A stretch of DNA of 64,000 nt. It comes from Camelus ferus (taxonomy: Eukaryota). The DNA is taken from the NCBI RefSeq assembly GCF_009834535.1, contig NC_045696.1:93002001-93066000 (forward strand), written 5' to 3'. The position numbers and the translations under genes were made by a program. Under the pieces are notes generated by a model, which ran no database searches, had not been told where the DNA came from, and was given only the letters and a program-made list of their open reading frames with translations. Positions 39,737 to 52,240 of the stretch are shown here, piece after piece; within the stretch, counting starts at the first letter, position 1; each line of letters begins with the position of its first letter.

Positions 39737-40789
39737 TCTGTTGCCTCTTGATAAGCCCCAGGTAGCAATTTTTCATTCCAGAGTTGGACTAGATTACTGC
39801 TACTTCTCCTGAACACGAGGAGAGGTACTTGGATTGTGTTTCTATAAATATGTATTTTCTATTTTGTCTTTCTACGTGTGTATGATTCGGTTTACACAAG
39901 TTAAATACGCATACGTCCATGCTATAATGGCTTTTCTGGCAAAGAGCTGTGTCCTAATGGCTTAGGGCTTAGAATTTCTAGGTCTTAACAGGGAAAAACA
40001 GGCAAAGGCTTAAGATGAATTTTGCTGTTATGGAGTACTTTTGTGGAAGACCCTAGGAATCTGGGGGTCAGTGGGGAGACCTTTCAGTGTTGCGGTTAAA
40101 AGCACAAGAAGTAAAGGTGGGGAGCCATAAGCTCACATACAGGTTACCTACTTGTTAGGCTCTTCTAGGGTTGGAATGAAAACTGTCACAGATCATATTG
40201 TCATATTTGACATCAGTATGTCTACTTACTAGATTTTATTCAAGCCAGTGCAAAAAGAAAATCAAAATCAAGGGTGTAAATTCTGAAATAGATAAGAGTG
40301 TGTCTTCTTTGTCAACACAAAGCCTTTAGTTTCCTGAGGCCGGGCTGGTGCTGTCAGTCTCTGAGCACGGGTGCCGCCAGCTCTTCCTCACTTCCACCCC
40401 ACGGAAGCAGCAGCTGTGGAGATGACAGCCCACGTCTCCTCCCTTCCACCCTCTGTCCTCAGCCTGTGCACCCAGGCTTCCCTGAGAGGAGAGTCTCCTG
40501 GCATAACAGAGGGAGAGGTCTGAATCTGTGCCGATGGTTTAAGGATCATGTCCGGGGCTTCAGCTCCGCCAGCAGTGAGTTTCCCTGGGACGAGCGTGTA
40601 GCTACGCAGAGCGCACGACTGTCAGGCGCTGGTTACTGATCTCCCCTTTCTCTTTGAAATATAAAAAAAGTAAACTAGCAAGATTTAAAAAATTTAAACC
40701 CAAATAAATAGTCATCATTTTTCCTTTTCCATTCTGGGTCCCTCAGAGTAATACATGGCACTCTGCGCCTTGGCGCTCACATATTTACA

Positions 40790-40960
40790 TGTGTGAGAAA
40801 GTGTGTGCATGAGAGTGCGACTCTGTGTGATTGTGTGTGGCTGTCTGTGAGTGCATGAGTGTGCATGTGAATGTGCATTTGTGTGTGTGGTTATGAGTGT
40901 CGGTGTGTGAGTGTATGTAAGCACATGTGAGTGCATGAGTGTGTGTGTGTGAATGAGTAT
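40790..40960. repeat. Degenerate (TG)n repeat
   Basis: Direct reading. Confidence 0.85.
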
Positions 40961-41041
40961 GCATTTAGGTGCAAATAGGAGCTGAGATATTTATTTCTTT
41001 TGAAAGCAAGTCAAACTACTGTAGATCTAGTTATGACACAC

Positions 41042-41206
41042 CTATCTTCAGTGCTTTTTAGCTAGGAAGTTGTATCCATGTTGACAGCAGGGTTTTCAGA
41101 GAAGTGGTTTTAATAGGTTGAAGACACGTCAGCGGTACTTAGAGATGTTTGACAATGTTGGGAAATATTTGCCTTCATTTCTTCACTGCTTCAAGTTTTG
41201 ATGTAA
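41042..41206 (-). pseudogene. Exon, 165 nt, phase 2 to 2, three in-frame stops
   Basis: Acceptor gtgccttggtag and donor TAG|gtgtgt. Reads YIKT*SSEEMKANISQHCQTSLSTADVSSTY*NHFSENPAVNMDTTS*LKSTED. Confidence 0.4.
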
Positions 41207-44200
41207 CTACCAAGGCACATATTAAAGTCTAAGATTTTACTTTCAAATATAGCAAAGGTTTTGTTCATAGGAAAGATACCCATTCCAGTCTTGCCTTCCT
41301 GCATATCAAATTTCATACTGCAGCCAAAATGACTGCAAATCCATGACTGGATGTGTCACTCCTTACTTAAATATCTTTAATGCTTCTGCAGAGCACAAAT
41401 ATTGGTGGCCTACTCAATTCACTCCCTGTTTCCAACTGGTTTTCATTCAGTTGGATTTCTCTACCCTTAAAGCTCAAATGTTGCTTCTGAGATGGATGCT
41501 AACCAGCTTAAGCCCATCACCACCCACACCCTCTCAACAACTCCTCTGTGCACGGTCATTGGCTCAAGCCTGGAGTATGCCCTTAACTGAGGCAACAGGA
41601 GTGCATCTCAGGACCCTTTCTTGAAATGCTGAGACCTTGACACGCTTTCTTTCAGGATGGAGCAGAGGCAGATGAAACCCTAGGAAATGACATCTTGAAA
41701 CCAGAATTCTAGGCAGCTTTCAGAGGCCTTAATTTTTCAGAAAGTGAAGTAAAGGGAAAGAATCTGAGCCCTTAGTGACTAACGAGCCACTAGATTAAAA
41801 CAGTCTTGAAACTCACCTACTTCTGGACGCCCTAGGATATGCAAGCATCCTTGGGGGAGAGTGCAGGTGACCCCACTGCTGCCCTTTCTGCTCAGCCTCC
41901 TTCGCCTCTTGCCTGAAAGCATCTCCAGGTGATAAGTGGACCGCAGCTCTGTTCAGGCATGCTCCCAAGTCAAGAGGAGGCATGGCAAGTTATCCCAGGT
42001 GCTCCCTCCCTGTGGTCCTCCTTGGAAGCATGAGCCTGTGAGATTCTGCTTCTTGGCTGCATCCAGATAAGGAGATTGATGTCAGGACCCCCTCCCTGCA
42101 GGCACTTCTAACCTCTCCAAGAGATGCTTTTGAGCTCCCCCTTCCTTGGTTCCAGAGTGGGAGGAACCACAGCTGTCTCCCCAGGGCTCTTTGATGTCTG
42201 CCCTCTGGATTTCAGTGCTTTTCCTTACATGGACTCCATTCACATAGGAGTGAAGGCCTGGGGGATGGCTTTCTGTATCTTTCTGTGATTCTCATGAAAT
42301 ATGCCCAGCAGCCCTTCTCTAGGGTTTGAGGACATGAGCACTAGTTACCCTCAGCACTGGGATTTAAACATTCTGAGACAAGAAGAAAAATACCATTCGA
42401 TGTCCCATTATATGTCTCAAGACTAAAGGGACGTGGTAAAGACATTCATTGTGGAAATACCGTTAACTGCAAGTTACAGATGCACAATGTTTCATAAACT
42501 AACAACGAGCACACGTGGGTTTCTAATTAGCAGTAAAAAGAACATTTTCAGAAATATTTTGTTGAGTGAAAATCAGAAGGTGCAGATTCAGATGGTTCAG
42601 GCAGGTAACATGAATGAGTTGTGGTGGGTTGTGTGCCACACAAGAGAAAGCGGTGGGGCCTGTGGTGAACCAGAGGTACCACGCCCTGTCGGAGAAGGTG
42701 AGCTGCCACTCGACTCCAGAGATTTTGTTTCATGAAGAAACACAGGCCTGAAATAGAAGAGCTTATTATTTCTTAAAGAGAAGGTGGAAATCCACTTTTT
42801 AAAATCTAAGGTGTCCCAAATTTTAAATGATGGTGACTAATTAAACAAAAACCAAAAGCCTGGCCAAGCTTGGTATTTGGACCAATAATTTACCACCTCT
42901 GAGAGAGCGCTATGGAAATATTAGATGTTATGATGATTGGGGTGATGAAGGCCTTACCCACATTTTCTTAACAATGCTCTAAAATAGTAGCTGTGCATTT
43001 CCATGATCTAAAAAACGGCAGCCTCATCCCATTCTCCCGAAGCTCAGCTGACCTCTCCAAGGTGGCCTTTGCTGGAGGCAGGCCCTGCAGTGATCACACG
43101 GCGGGTTTCCTTCCTAGGGCGGCAGTCTGCAGAGCTCCAAGCAACGAGCCGCGTGCCCTTCCTCAGAGTGGGGAGGAGGTAGGCAGGTCTTCCTTCTTGC
43201 ACGTCACTATCAACCAAGGAAGTGGGACAGGTGAGGGGAGGGGGAAGGGGTGAGGGAGAAGTGACCCAGTCCCAGATAGAATCTTATGGAACAAGGGAAT
43301 GGTTGGGCTGGATCAGTCATGGTTATACTCACATCCATTTATTTTTACCAAATGATTTTAAAATTCAGTCTGATTCATTCATTTTCAGTTCATTGCACAC
43401 CATGCGATGGACATGATTTTTGTAAACATCTCTCAAACCAAGAGGCTTTTGTTTAAGGCTTCATGAAAAATCAGCAATGCAATGCTGGGAGAAGTTTTGC
43501 CCTCGGAGTCAATTTACGTGACGACATTAGAATAATTGCTTATGTGATATGCAAAGAAAGACACTTGAGACAGTGGCTCCAGATGAGAGCTTTTTGTAAA
43601 ATGCAAGATTCAGACTGTGCCCTAAATGGTTTGTAGTAGGGCTGTCTGCTGAGGCCCTTCCTTATCATCCTGCAACCTGTCCCGTTGGCGGTGGAAGCAA
43701 CCTTTCCCTGAATATATGTGCTTTTATATCAACTTCTTTAAGTGGCAAAGAGGTGGGAGGCTGCTTCCTGCCGTTTCCCCCTTCCTTTTCCATTCTTACT
43801 TGTCCATCACCTGCTCCCAATTCTTCCCTCAGTAACTCATGCCTGTGTGTACACGCAGGCACACAGACGGGTCCACACACACAAGCATATATAAACTCTT
43901 GGATTCTCATTTCACCTTCAGACTGGAACTGGGGAAGTGTTGTCTTGGGCAATGCTAGCAATGGCATTGGAAAGAGGGGGAGAAAAGAAAGAAAGGATAA
44001 ATAACCTGAACAAAAATCACAAATCACAATTCTCATCACGTTTAAAATTTATCTTTTAGAATCATTCTATCTTACTTAAAAATAACTTTTCACAAGGACG
44101 AATGCCTTTGGCTATGTTTCTAATTCTAAAGGAGTCTACACTGGCTTTTTTTTTTTTAGTATGTATATACTGGTTGGCTTATTCACTCACCCAACTGATC

Positions 44201-44537
44201 TTTCTTGAACCTCTTTCTTGAACCTAAGTGTCAGGCACTGTTCAAGTCATTGAGAAAAGAACAACAACAACAAAAGACAAAAAATGGCCACCTTTCTTGT
44301 GGATGTAAGTGAATTAGAGTAAGAATAATGGTGTTGTCATCAGGGGGCAAATTATCAGTAGGTGGGTGATAAGGTCAAACACCCATAACTAACACAGTTT
44401 GCATTTTAAGTGCACACACACTTTTTGGTAATGAGGCACAATTTCTTATTTTAAAACATCACAATCTTAAAGAAAGTGAAGAAAAAGATGGGGGAGACAA
44501 AGATGGAGAATATATTCTCATGTCTACCATTTACTAG

Positions 44538-45565
44538 TGTTAAAAGATAAACTGAGGCATATTAAACATTATAAGAGTTTATTTGGGCAAAAATCAATGT
44601 GAATCTGGCAGCATCCAATCTAGCAGATATAAAGGAGCTCTGAAAAGCTGTACACAGTTAAAAACTTCTATAGGAAGAAGAGAGCAGGAACAAGGGACTT
44701 GCAAAAAAAAAAAAAATAGATTGGTTTTTGCAAGGTTACCTTCCTTTAGTGGGTGGCAGGGGTCTATCAGGCAGATTACCTAACTAGTGCTGATTCCCGA
44801 TTGACTGGTTTAAGCTTCCATTTCTGGGAGAGCTGAAACTGTAATTAAGTCTTGGTTTGGAGATGTGGGACTCAGCATTGACTGAAATAGAACAGAACAC
44901 TGTGGAGCCTTCCTGGGGACAGAACCCCCACGTGCCTTGCCTGCCTGTTGTTTGTAGAAAAGCTTTAGCCTCCGAGACCTTCCCTTGAATCCCAAGGAGC
45001 AAATTTAATCAAAGAAGTGAGAAAATGCAGAAACAAAGGAAGACAGTCAGGCAAGACAAAATAATAATAGTTTAGCCATAAAACGAAGTTAAAGACCTTT
45101 AGTTCCTCCTCAAGGGCTGTAGATAACAAACACTTTGAGCAGTAACCTTGAGGTGTTTTGCAGATACTAACACCCTCACCAGGTGGAAGGGGTTAACTGC
45201 ATGCTGACCACAGGCACACAGACCCCCGACAGCTGGAACCTCCGGGCTGATGATGCTGACGCCTGATTCCCTCATCACTGACCGATCAGAAGAGTGTTCA
45301 TGAGCTGATCGGGCACCCTGCAACCCTCTCTTCACCTCACCCTTAAAACCCCTTCTCCGAAAGCCATCAAGGAGTTTGGGTCTTTTGAGCATGAGCTGCC
45401 CATTCTCCTTGCTTGGCCCCACATTGTGTGCCTTGCAATAAACACTGTCCTTTCCTTCACCATGGCCCGATGTCAGTAGATTGGCTTTACTGTGCGTGAG
45501 CAGACCCAGGTTTGGTTCAGTAACAGAAAGAGTCAATTTTTTAGCCTGTTGTCTTGTTTTCAACA
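44538..45565 (-). mobile_element. ERV1-like solo LTR (outer element of nest)
   Basis: TG...CA ends, near-TSD ctag/ctaa, tttatt near left end. Confidence 0.7.
44888..45525 (+). mobile_element. ERV1-like solo LTR (inner element)
   Basis: 4-bp TSD gaaa, AATAAA near 45438, ends ggttcagtaaca. Confidence 0.75.
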
Positions 45566-45589
45566 CTAACTTTGCCACCTTGGGAGTGT

Positions 45590-45735
45590 CCCCCTCTCCC
45601 CACCCTCAGTACCCTCATTTGTAGAATGGGATTGGTCCCTAACCACAGGCTCGAACTGTGGTGGGATTTAGATAATGTGCTCTCAGGAAAAAGCCTTTTG
45701 TCCGCTGTAAAGTGCTGCAGAGAATATTACTATTA
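45590..45735 (+). mobile_element. MIR
   Basis: cctcagtaccctcatttgtagaatggg. Confidence 0.65.
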
Positions 45736-46445
45736 CGTTTGGGAGGAGTCGAGGAGGGAGGGGAGACACAGCAGGCATGGGGAGGCCAGCACTGAAGTGG
45801 AGACAAACATAAGAAAGGAGATGGTCCAGGGAGGGGCAGTGGCCATGGAAATGGCATCTGGATCTGCTGGTGACTGGATGAGATTGTGGCAGAGGGAGCC
45901 TCTCTGGGGAGGCACTGTCCTCACTATTCTCTGTAACGTGTGAGTGAATCTGATTAACTTTCAGCTCTGGACAGGCACTTAGGAGAACCAGTCTGTTGTC
46001 CAAGTTCATTAACCAGCCACACAACACTGATAAGTCACTGTGCTTTTCTGGGGTTCTGAGTTCCAAGCACTTGGCTAGGAAACAACGTCTGGATCTCGGG
46101 CCGTTGGCAGGTTGGAGGCGGGAGGGAGGAGGGCACCACCTGTTTTGGGTAGGAAGCCGCTGCCTTCCTCTCTAGACACTGGAGTCCAAGAGTCTGGTTT
46201 GCCTTCCTTCCAGAGCTGAAACTTTCAGTGTGGTGCAACTTTATGTGCTTTTTTAAAGGATGTGAAAAATAGAGAATGTGCTTTAATAAAGATGATTTTA
46301 TAATCTGAGAGTGGCAGGGCACCCCAGAGACTGCCTAAGCCAAGCTCCACTCTTTGTAGGTAGGGAGTCAGGCTGACCATGACAGGTCCTGTCTGACCCG
46401 CCCCATGGGGGTTGGCACATGTTTTCGCCTTGTCTCCACACCCAC

Positions 46446-46502
46446 TCTGACTGCCTAAAGAGTCTATCATTAGAATCTTCCTTCATAAAGTTGAATTTAT
46501 AT
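46446..46502 (-). pseudogene. Exon, 57 nt, phase 2 to 2 (YKFNFMKEDSNDRLFRQS)
   Basis: Acceptor ttttgtttgataaacag and donor gtgggt; stop-free. Confidence 0.5.
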
Positions 46503-46574
46503 CTGTTTATCAAACAAAATTATGAGTTTTATCATATTTAAGGTTTGTCTTACTAGTTCCATGAACTGTCAGTT

Positions 46575-46579
<5 letters not shown>

Positions 46580-46637
<58 letters not shown>
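46580..46637. repeat. (TG)n microsatellite, about 29 units
   Basis: Direct reading. Confidence 0.98.
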
Positions 46638-46639
<2 letters not shown>

Positions 46640-46896
46640 TTTGTTTTCCCAGCTGTTTTGGGTGATCTGGTTCACTGCAAATCCAGGTTTAGGGGAAAGA
46701 GAGCAGACACTTTTCAAAAAGAGGTAGTGCTTGCGCACCACCCTGAGGGTAACCATTGAGTGTACAGTCACTTCGATTTATCCCAATCTTATTTTAGCAT
46801 TTGACTTAGTTTTATTCATTTTTAAATTTCAAGTTCAAACTCCTCTTAAAGCTCTCTTGCGCCCCCTGGACGTCACATCTGTCTATGATTTTCATG

Positions 46897-46898
<2 letters not shown>

Positions 46899-46966
<68 letters not shown>
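46899..46966. repeat. (TG)n microsatellite, about 34 units
   Basis: Direct reading. Confidence 0.98.
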
Positions 46967-46971
<5 letters not shown>

Positions 46972-47928
46972 ACGCATGGGGGAGGGACAGGGTCTGCCTT
47001 CCCCACAAGGAAGGTCGCAATTCTCTCCAGGGTTGCTCTCCTCGCCCAAGTGAGACTCCCTCCCTGCTCTTGTCTAATCTGAGGAGGGGCGGGATGCTCT
47101 TGGAGCTCAGGTAGCACTGGGGAGTCGTGGTGAGCCTGCAGGTCCCGCTATGGGCTCCAGCTGCACGCAGAGGCTGTCAGCTCTGTGAACCGAGAAGGGC
47201 CTTTAGTGCCTTTGTTCTTGGTTTTGGGTCTTTGCTCAAACCACCAGGAGAATATCCCTCTTGACATTCTGTATCACAGCCAGCTCGCTCTGTTCTTTGC
47301 CAAAGAGCGCAAGTCATGACCCCTGGTGGTTAGAAGCTAGAAGTGCAGTCAAGAATCCCGTTGTTATGCCCTCATCTAGTTTAGAGGCATAGATTGCAGT
47401 TTTAATTAGTCAATATATCCACTTTTCTCTAAGCTTTCTGTTAATGCATGAAGAGATAAATTTTTTAATAAGATTCTTTTTGTGTTTTTAATCCTGAAGA
47501 AAATCTGCCAGAAAATAAGATTTTCTGCATAAGTTTAACTAGTTTGTTATATAAACAGTAAACTGGTAACTAAACATTTGTTTGATTATTTAATTAATTA
47601 TTCAAAACCTCTATAGCTAGAGAAACTGAGATGTTTCCCAGGTCATCCAACGGGATCAGTCAGTGGCCAGGGAAAGCCAGATTCCAAGATTCCTGGTGCA
47701 TGAAGCTTTCCACCACCCTGGGGTTCACAGATCCCCTATTGTACTTCCCCAAAGCCTGCACAGGCCATCTTGACCCCCCTGCCCCCAGTTTAGTGGTTTA
47801 ACTGTAAGTGTACCGCAAACTGCTTGAGAGTAACAGATGCAAGGTTCTGGATGACATTCTTTAAAGTTTATGCAATGGTAGATGAATTATTTTGGTGCAA
47901 GTGTCTACCTAGAACATTGTCAAAATAC

Positions 47929-47952
47929 CTCTTTGGCCATGATGCAAAATTC
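47929..47952 (-). pseudogene. Micro-exon, 24 nt, phase 2 to 2 (NFASWPK)
   Basis: Acceptor ttcctgcatcattgcag and donor GAG|gtattt; stop-free. Confidence 0.5.
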
Positions 47953-48311
47953 CTGCAATGATGCAGGAATATAGAAATGATCGATCCAGTAGATTTCAAC
48001 AGAAAACATATTTGCTTTTCGTAATGGTTAAAAAGCCAAGCATCGTCACTGCTCACAGACGGAGGGGAGGTTGTTTCCAGTCTTCTACACCCGTGAGGTT
48101 TAACTGCGGGTCACTTTATTGTTCCAATATTGGGGAACTTGTTGGGCCAGACATCAACCTGCATATTTCATGACCAGAGAGTTTTCAAAAATGTTTTTTA
48201 TAATCTGGCGTCATTAACTCTTAGCAGACATGTAAATAAATTCTCTTTGAATAATGGAGAAAAGTTAAAAAGATTGACTGGAGGAAGCAGTTTTCTTAAT
48301 GGCATCCTTAC

Positions 48312-48340
48312 GGATGCAGTAACGTTGTTAAAGGGATTTT
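48312..48340 (-). pseudogene. Micro-exon, 29 nt, phase 0 to 2 (KIPLTTLLH)
   Basis: Strong acceptor ctttttctctttgcag and donor gtaagg; stop-free. Confidence 0.6.
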
Positions 48341-48926
48341 CTGCAAAGAGAAAAAGATGGAAGGTGATCCTGCATTGATCAGACATGCCAGAGACCCAGA
48401 GATGCCTGGTTTCATGGTGGCTCCAATTCCGCAGATCTCCAAAGCGAAGCAAAACGGAATCAGGAAGCTTCATGGTCATGGAGATAAGACTGTTGATCTT
48501 GAAGTAGAAGCAGCCCAGCAAAGGTCAGCCAGCAAGTGGGTGAGTAACAAGTAAGGACCTGGCAGACACCTGGAAGCCAATCATGTTGGGACAGCGTGAC
48601 TGACAATTTTGATGTTTCTGAGTCCACAAACTGCACAAGTCACTGCTTTAATGCCCTGCCTTCCAGGTTCCCTCAATAGCTTCCTTGGAGAGAGATCTGG
48701 CCATGGGTGTCTTGCACAGGATTACTTCCAGGATCTCTTCCTTTGCTTTGCTTGGTTAATACTCAGTCCTTCGTGGTTGTAGATTCGTTCTTTTACCTCG
48801 TGTGTGTTGTGTGTGTGTGTGTGTGTGTCAGGGGCTGTCTTTTGCAGCCACCACGCTGCGAATCTTCTACAGGAAGACCAGAGTGTTTCTTACACTGGTG
48901 CAGGGCCTGGTCCTTCCAGGGAGACC

Positions 48927-49670
48927 TGTCCTAGTCTGCTGGGGCTGCCATTACAAAATTCCATAGACTTGGTGGCTTAAACAATACACACTCATTTTCT
49001 TGTGGTTCCAGAGGCTAGAAGTCTGCAGTGGAGTGACTGTGTTACCCCCAAAATTCACATGATGAAATTCTAATCCCAATATGATGGTATTTGGAGATGG
49101 AGCCTTTTGGAGGTTAATTAGGTCATGAGGGTGGAGTTCCCTTGTAAGAAGAGGGCAGAGAGCTCGCTGGCTCTCTCTCCACCATGTGAGGATACAAAGA
49201 GAGGTTGGCTGTCTGCAGCCAGTGGGGAGAGGGGACTCAGCTGACCTTGCTGCCATCCTGCCCTCAGCCTCCCCATCTCCAGAGAGAAATTTCTCTTGTT
49301 CATAGGCCAGTTTCTCCTGTGTCTATGGTACTTTGTTAAAACCGCCCAAACTGACTATGATAAAGTTGGAGATCAAGGTGCCAGCAAATTTATTTCAAGG
49401 TGACAGCTCTTTTCATGGCCTGCAGACACCCTCTTGCTATGACTCACATGGCCTGTCCTCTGTGTGCACAGCAGGTGGGAGGGGAGAGAGGGGAACAGCA
49501 TGCTCTGGTGTCTATGCCTCTCCTTAGGGCACTAATCTTATCGGATTAGGGCTTCTCCCTTACGGCCTCATTTAACCTTAATCACCTCCGTACAGGCCCT
49601 GTCTCCAAATACCATCACACTGGGAGTTAGAGCTTCAACGTATGGTTTTGGGGGTACAGAGTTCAGTTTG
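48927..49670 (-). mobile_element. MLT1 LTR with an oppositely oriented MLT1A/B LTR nested at about 49030-49360
   Basis: ggctgccattacaaaattccatagacttggtggcttaaa (minus) interrupted by cccccaaaattcac...ggtcatgagggtggag (plus). Confidence 0.8.
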
Positions 49671-51394
49671 AAGAAGGCCCATGTGGAGGAGTGCCCCAGC
49701 CACGTGGGCTCCAGCGTGGATGTCTTCATATGTCACCTGACTTAATCCACCCTGGGATTTGTCTCCAGGACTTTCACAGCAGGCTCCGGCCACAAACCAG
49801 CATTAGCCCCTCATCTGTCTCCTCCCTGCACATGTCGCTTCCTCTTTGGCCTCAGTTCCCCCTCTGAGCCCCCGCCCCTTGTGTCAGTTGTCTATCATGG
49901 GCTTCTTGCTGTGGAAGCAGGTGCATTAATCCAGGTCAGTCACTTCTGCTCCTTCCATGTACAAGACAGATTGTCAGGCTCTGTGTCAAAGACCCAACCT
50001 TGGAAGAAAACTCAATCTTGAAGTCCCCAGGGCCTGAGAATTTAGATCTTGCCATTCATCGAATAACATTGTGTGAGGTACTATGCTAGGACCGAGAAAG
50101 TTGCAATCTCACAATGGATAGGGTCCTTTTTTTTTTTTTTTTTTTTTTAAGGATAAGTTTCTTTTAAATCCACAATAGACTGTCAATCTAATAAGAAAAC
50201 CCCAGAGTGTTTGTTTTATTAAGAGGTAGAATTTGACAGCAAAATATTTGGAAACATTAAACTTCCTTCTGTGGTGCCACGTTTATTTATTCCCACATTC
50301 ATTCAGCAGTCACTACAGAATGGTTTGTCACGGAGGGAGTTTAGGGTACCTGTGGAGGGACCTAAAGGTGAGGCTTTGAAAGGTAGACAAGGGTGCAGGT
50401 TATAAAGGCCTTGAGTTTCACACCGAGGACTTTGTTCTGCTTTGTTCCTTAGGCACTAGGGAGGGGCAGGGGCAGAGGGGATGGACTCATGTGACTCTGA
50501 AGTTGTTGAGCCCATAGGACATAGACCTGAGAAGGGAAGGGAAGGCTCCAGAAAGACCCCTGCCTCTGCCTGGTAAGCCTGGAGGGCCTTCCTTGAGGAA
50601 GGGAATGGGGAAGGCAGAGCAGGCCTCTGGCAGGGGTGATGCTTTTGCTTTTAGAGGATGAAAGCTGAGGCACCCAGGGAACAAGGTGGGGGCTCTCAGA
50701 GCTCACTGAGCCTGGGTACCCTGGAAGGAGACACTTCCTCCTCACTCACTGCTTTTTTGGTCCCACCTTCTATCTGAAAGCGTCTCTCCTTCTGACTGGC
50801 TGGTGCTCAGGCTGTCCCTGAACGCCTTCCCTCCGGAGTGCCTTGGGGCTCACAGAGGTTGGGAGGGGAGGCTTCTCCCCTCAAGTGTCACTTCTATCCA
50901 CCAGATCTAGTTGCTGCCTTTGGGCCCCAAGTGCGATTACTTCATCACAGCCTCTGCTGTCCTGCCCAGACCCAGCCTGGCCCTCCCCTTCTGTGCACTT
51001 GGGTGCAACCCTGTCCCCTGGTCCTGAGCTGGTGCTGCTTCTGGTTGGGCAGTGGCTGCATCTTGTTGCCCCTGTTACCTCTTTACTAAAAGGCTGCGGG
51101 GCCCTTAGCTCTTCCAGGTAGGGACCGTTCTTGGGCACTTCTAGAACCTGAGGAAGCAGGAAGAGAGCACCAGGACGTTGCCATCACAAATCCTTTTTGG
51201 AAAGGAGACTCAGGAAGCTGGATAAATAAGTGATTAAAAAAAAAATTGAGACACAGGCTTGCAGACCATTTGCTGGAGGGAAACAGTACAGAAGCCAGGC
51301 CGGGTCTTTTGAGAAATGCATTCTGCTCAGACCAGAGAACCCTTTATGTCAGGCTCTGGAGAGAACGTAAGGTAGGAGACCTCATTTTTAATTG

Positions 51395-51620
51395 CACTAA
51401 TAATAATAATAACGAGGGTAAGAGCTAATATTTAGCGAGTACTTACTATGCGCCAGGCGCTAAGTGCATGGCGTATATGGCCTCATTTACTCCTCACAGC
51501 ACTATGAGGCACTTACTGTTACTGTTCCTTTTTCACAAGATGAAGACGCGATGCTTCCATTAACCTGGCTTGTCCATGCATCTCACAGCGCGGCTCCAAA
51601 CCTGGCTGCCCAGTTTGGGT
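51395..51620 (-). mobile_element. MIR
   Basis: gagtacttactatgcgccaggc...tcctcacagcactatgagg. Confidence 0.7.
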
Positions 51621-51625
51621 GTTGC

Positions 51626-52045
51626 TGTGTGGACTGTGCTGAATAATGTCCCCCCAAGTCGATGTCCACCTGGCATCTCAGAATATGACCTTCTTGGGAA
51701 ATAAGGTCTTTGCAGATGTAATTCGTTAAGATGAGGTCATACTGGATTAGTCCGGTGACTGCTAGACTTACAGAAGGCCACGTGCAGACACAGAGAAGGC
51801 CGTGTGAAGACCGAGACGGAGGGGGGGGGGATGCATCTTCTAGCTGAGGAGCGCCAAGGATCGCTGACGCCCACCGGAAACTAGGAGAGGAACTTGGAAC
51901 AGATTCTCCCTCAAGAAGGAATCAACCCTGCCGACGCTTTGATTTCCAACGTGTAGGCTCCTCCACTGTGAGGTAATACATTTTGTTATTTTTAAGCCAC
52001 TGGGTTCCTGGTACTTTGTTTAAACACAGCTGGGAAACTAATACA
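51626..52045 (+). mobile_element. MLT1C LTR
   Basis: ggtctttgcagatgtaatt...ttttaagccac...ggaaactaataca. Confidence 0.85.
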
Positions 52046-52049
52046 ATCG

Positions 52050-52187
52050 CTAAATGATTAATTCCCTATATCATTTCTTAATTGTCAAAAGATAATGGTT
52101 TTCCAGGTACTCTCCATCTTCCTCCATTTCAAATGTTATGGCCATGTGGTTTTAACAAGGCTTATTTTAACCCAGATTGATTTCCTC
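52050..52187 (-). pseudogene. Candidate relic exon, distal F3-like
   Basis: Acceptor ttgttgtacag. Reads EEINLG*NKPC*NHMAITFEMEEDGEYLENHYLLTIKK*YRELII. The 3' boundary is unclear next to an MLT1C insertion. Confidence 0.4.
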
Positions 52188-52221
52188 CTGTACAACAATT
52201 CATTGGTTTATGTATGTATCT

Positions 52222-52240
52222 GTGTGCCATCTAGTGGCAA
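52222..52240 (-). promoter_or_regulatory. CTCF binding motif
   Basis: TTGCCACTAGATGGCACAC matches the CCACYAGRKGGCR core. Confidence 0.7.

Noticed and set aside
22502..41206. Using 'stops are one C-to-T change from Arg/Gln codons' as evidence of decay
   Set aside because: This is true of every stop codon, so it carries no information.
46574..47117. HT/CV-repeat ORFs
   Set aside because: Translations of (TG)n microsatellites.
48357..48554. ATG-led ORF MEGDPALIRH... followed by GTGAGT, like a first coding exon
   Set aside because: No downstream plus-strand exons or homology found, and its start overlaps the pyrimidine tract of a minus-strand acceptor. Not fully excluded.
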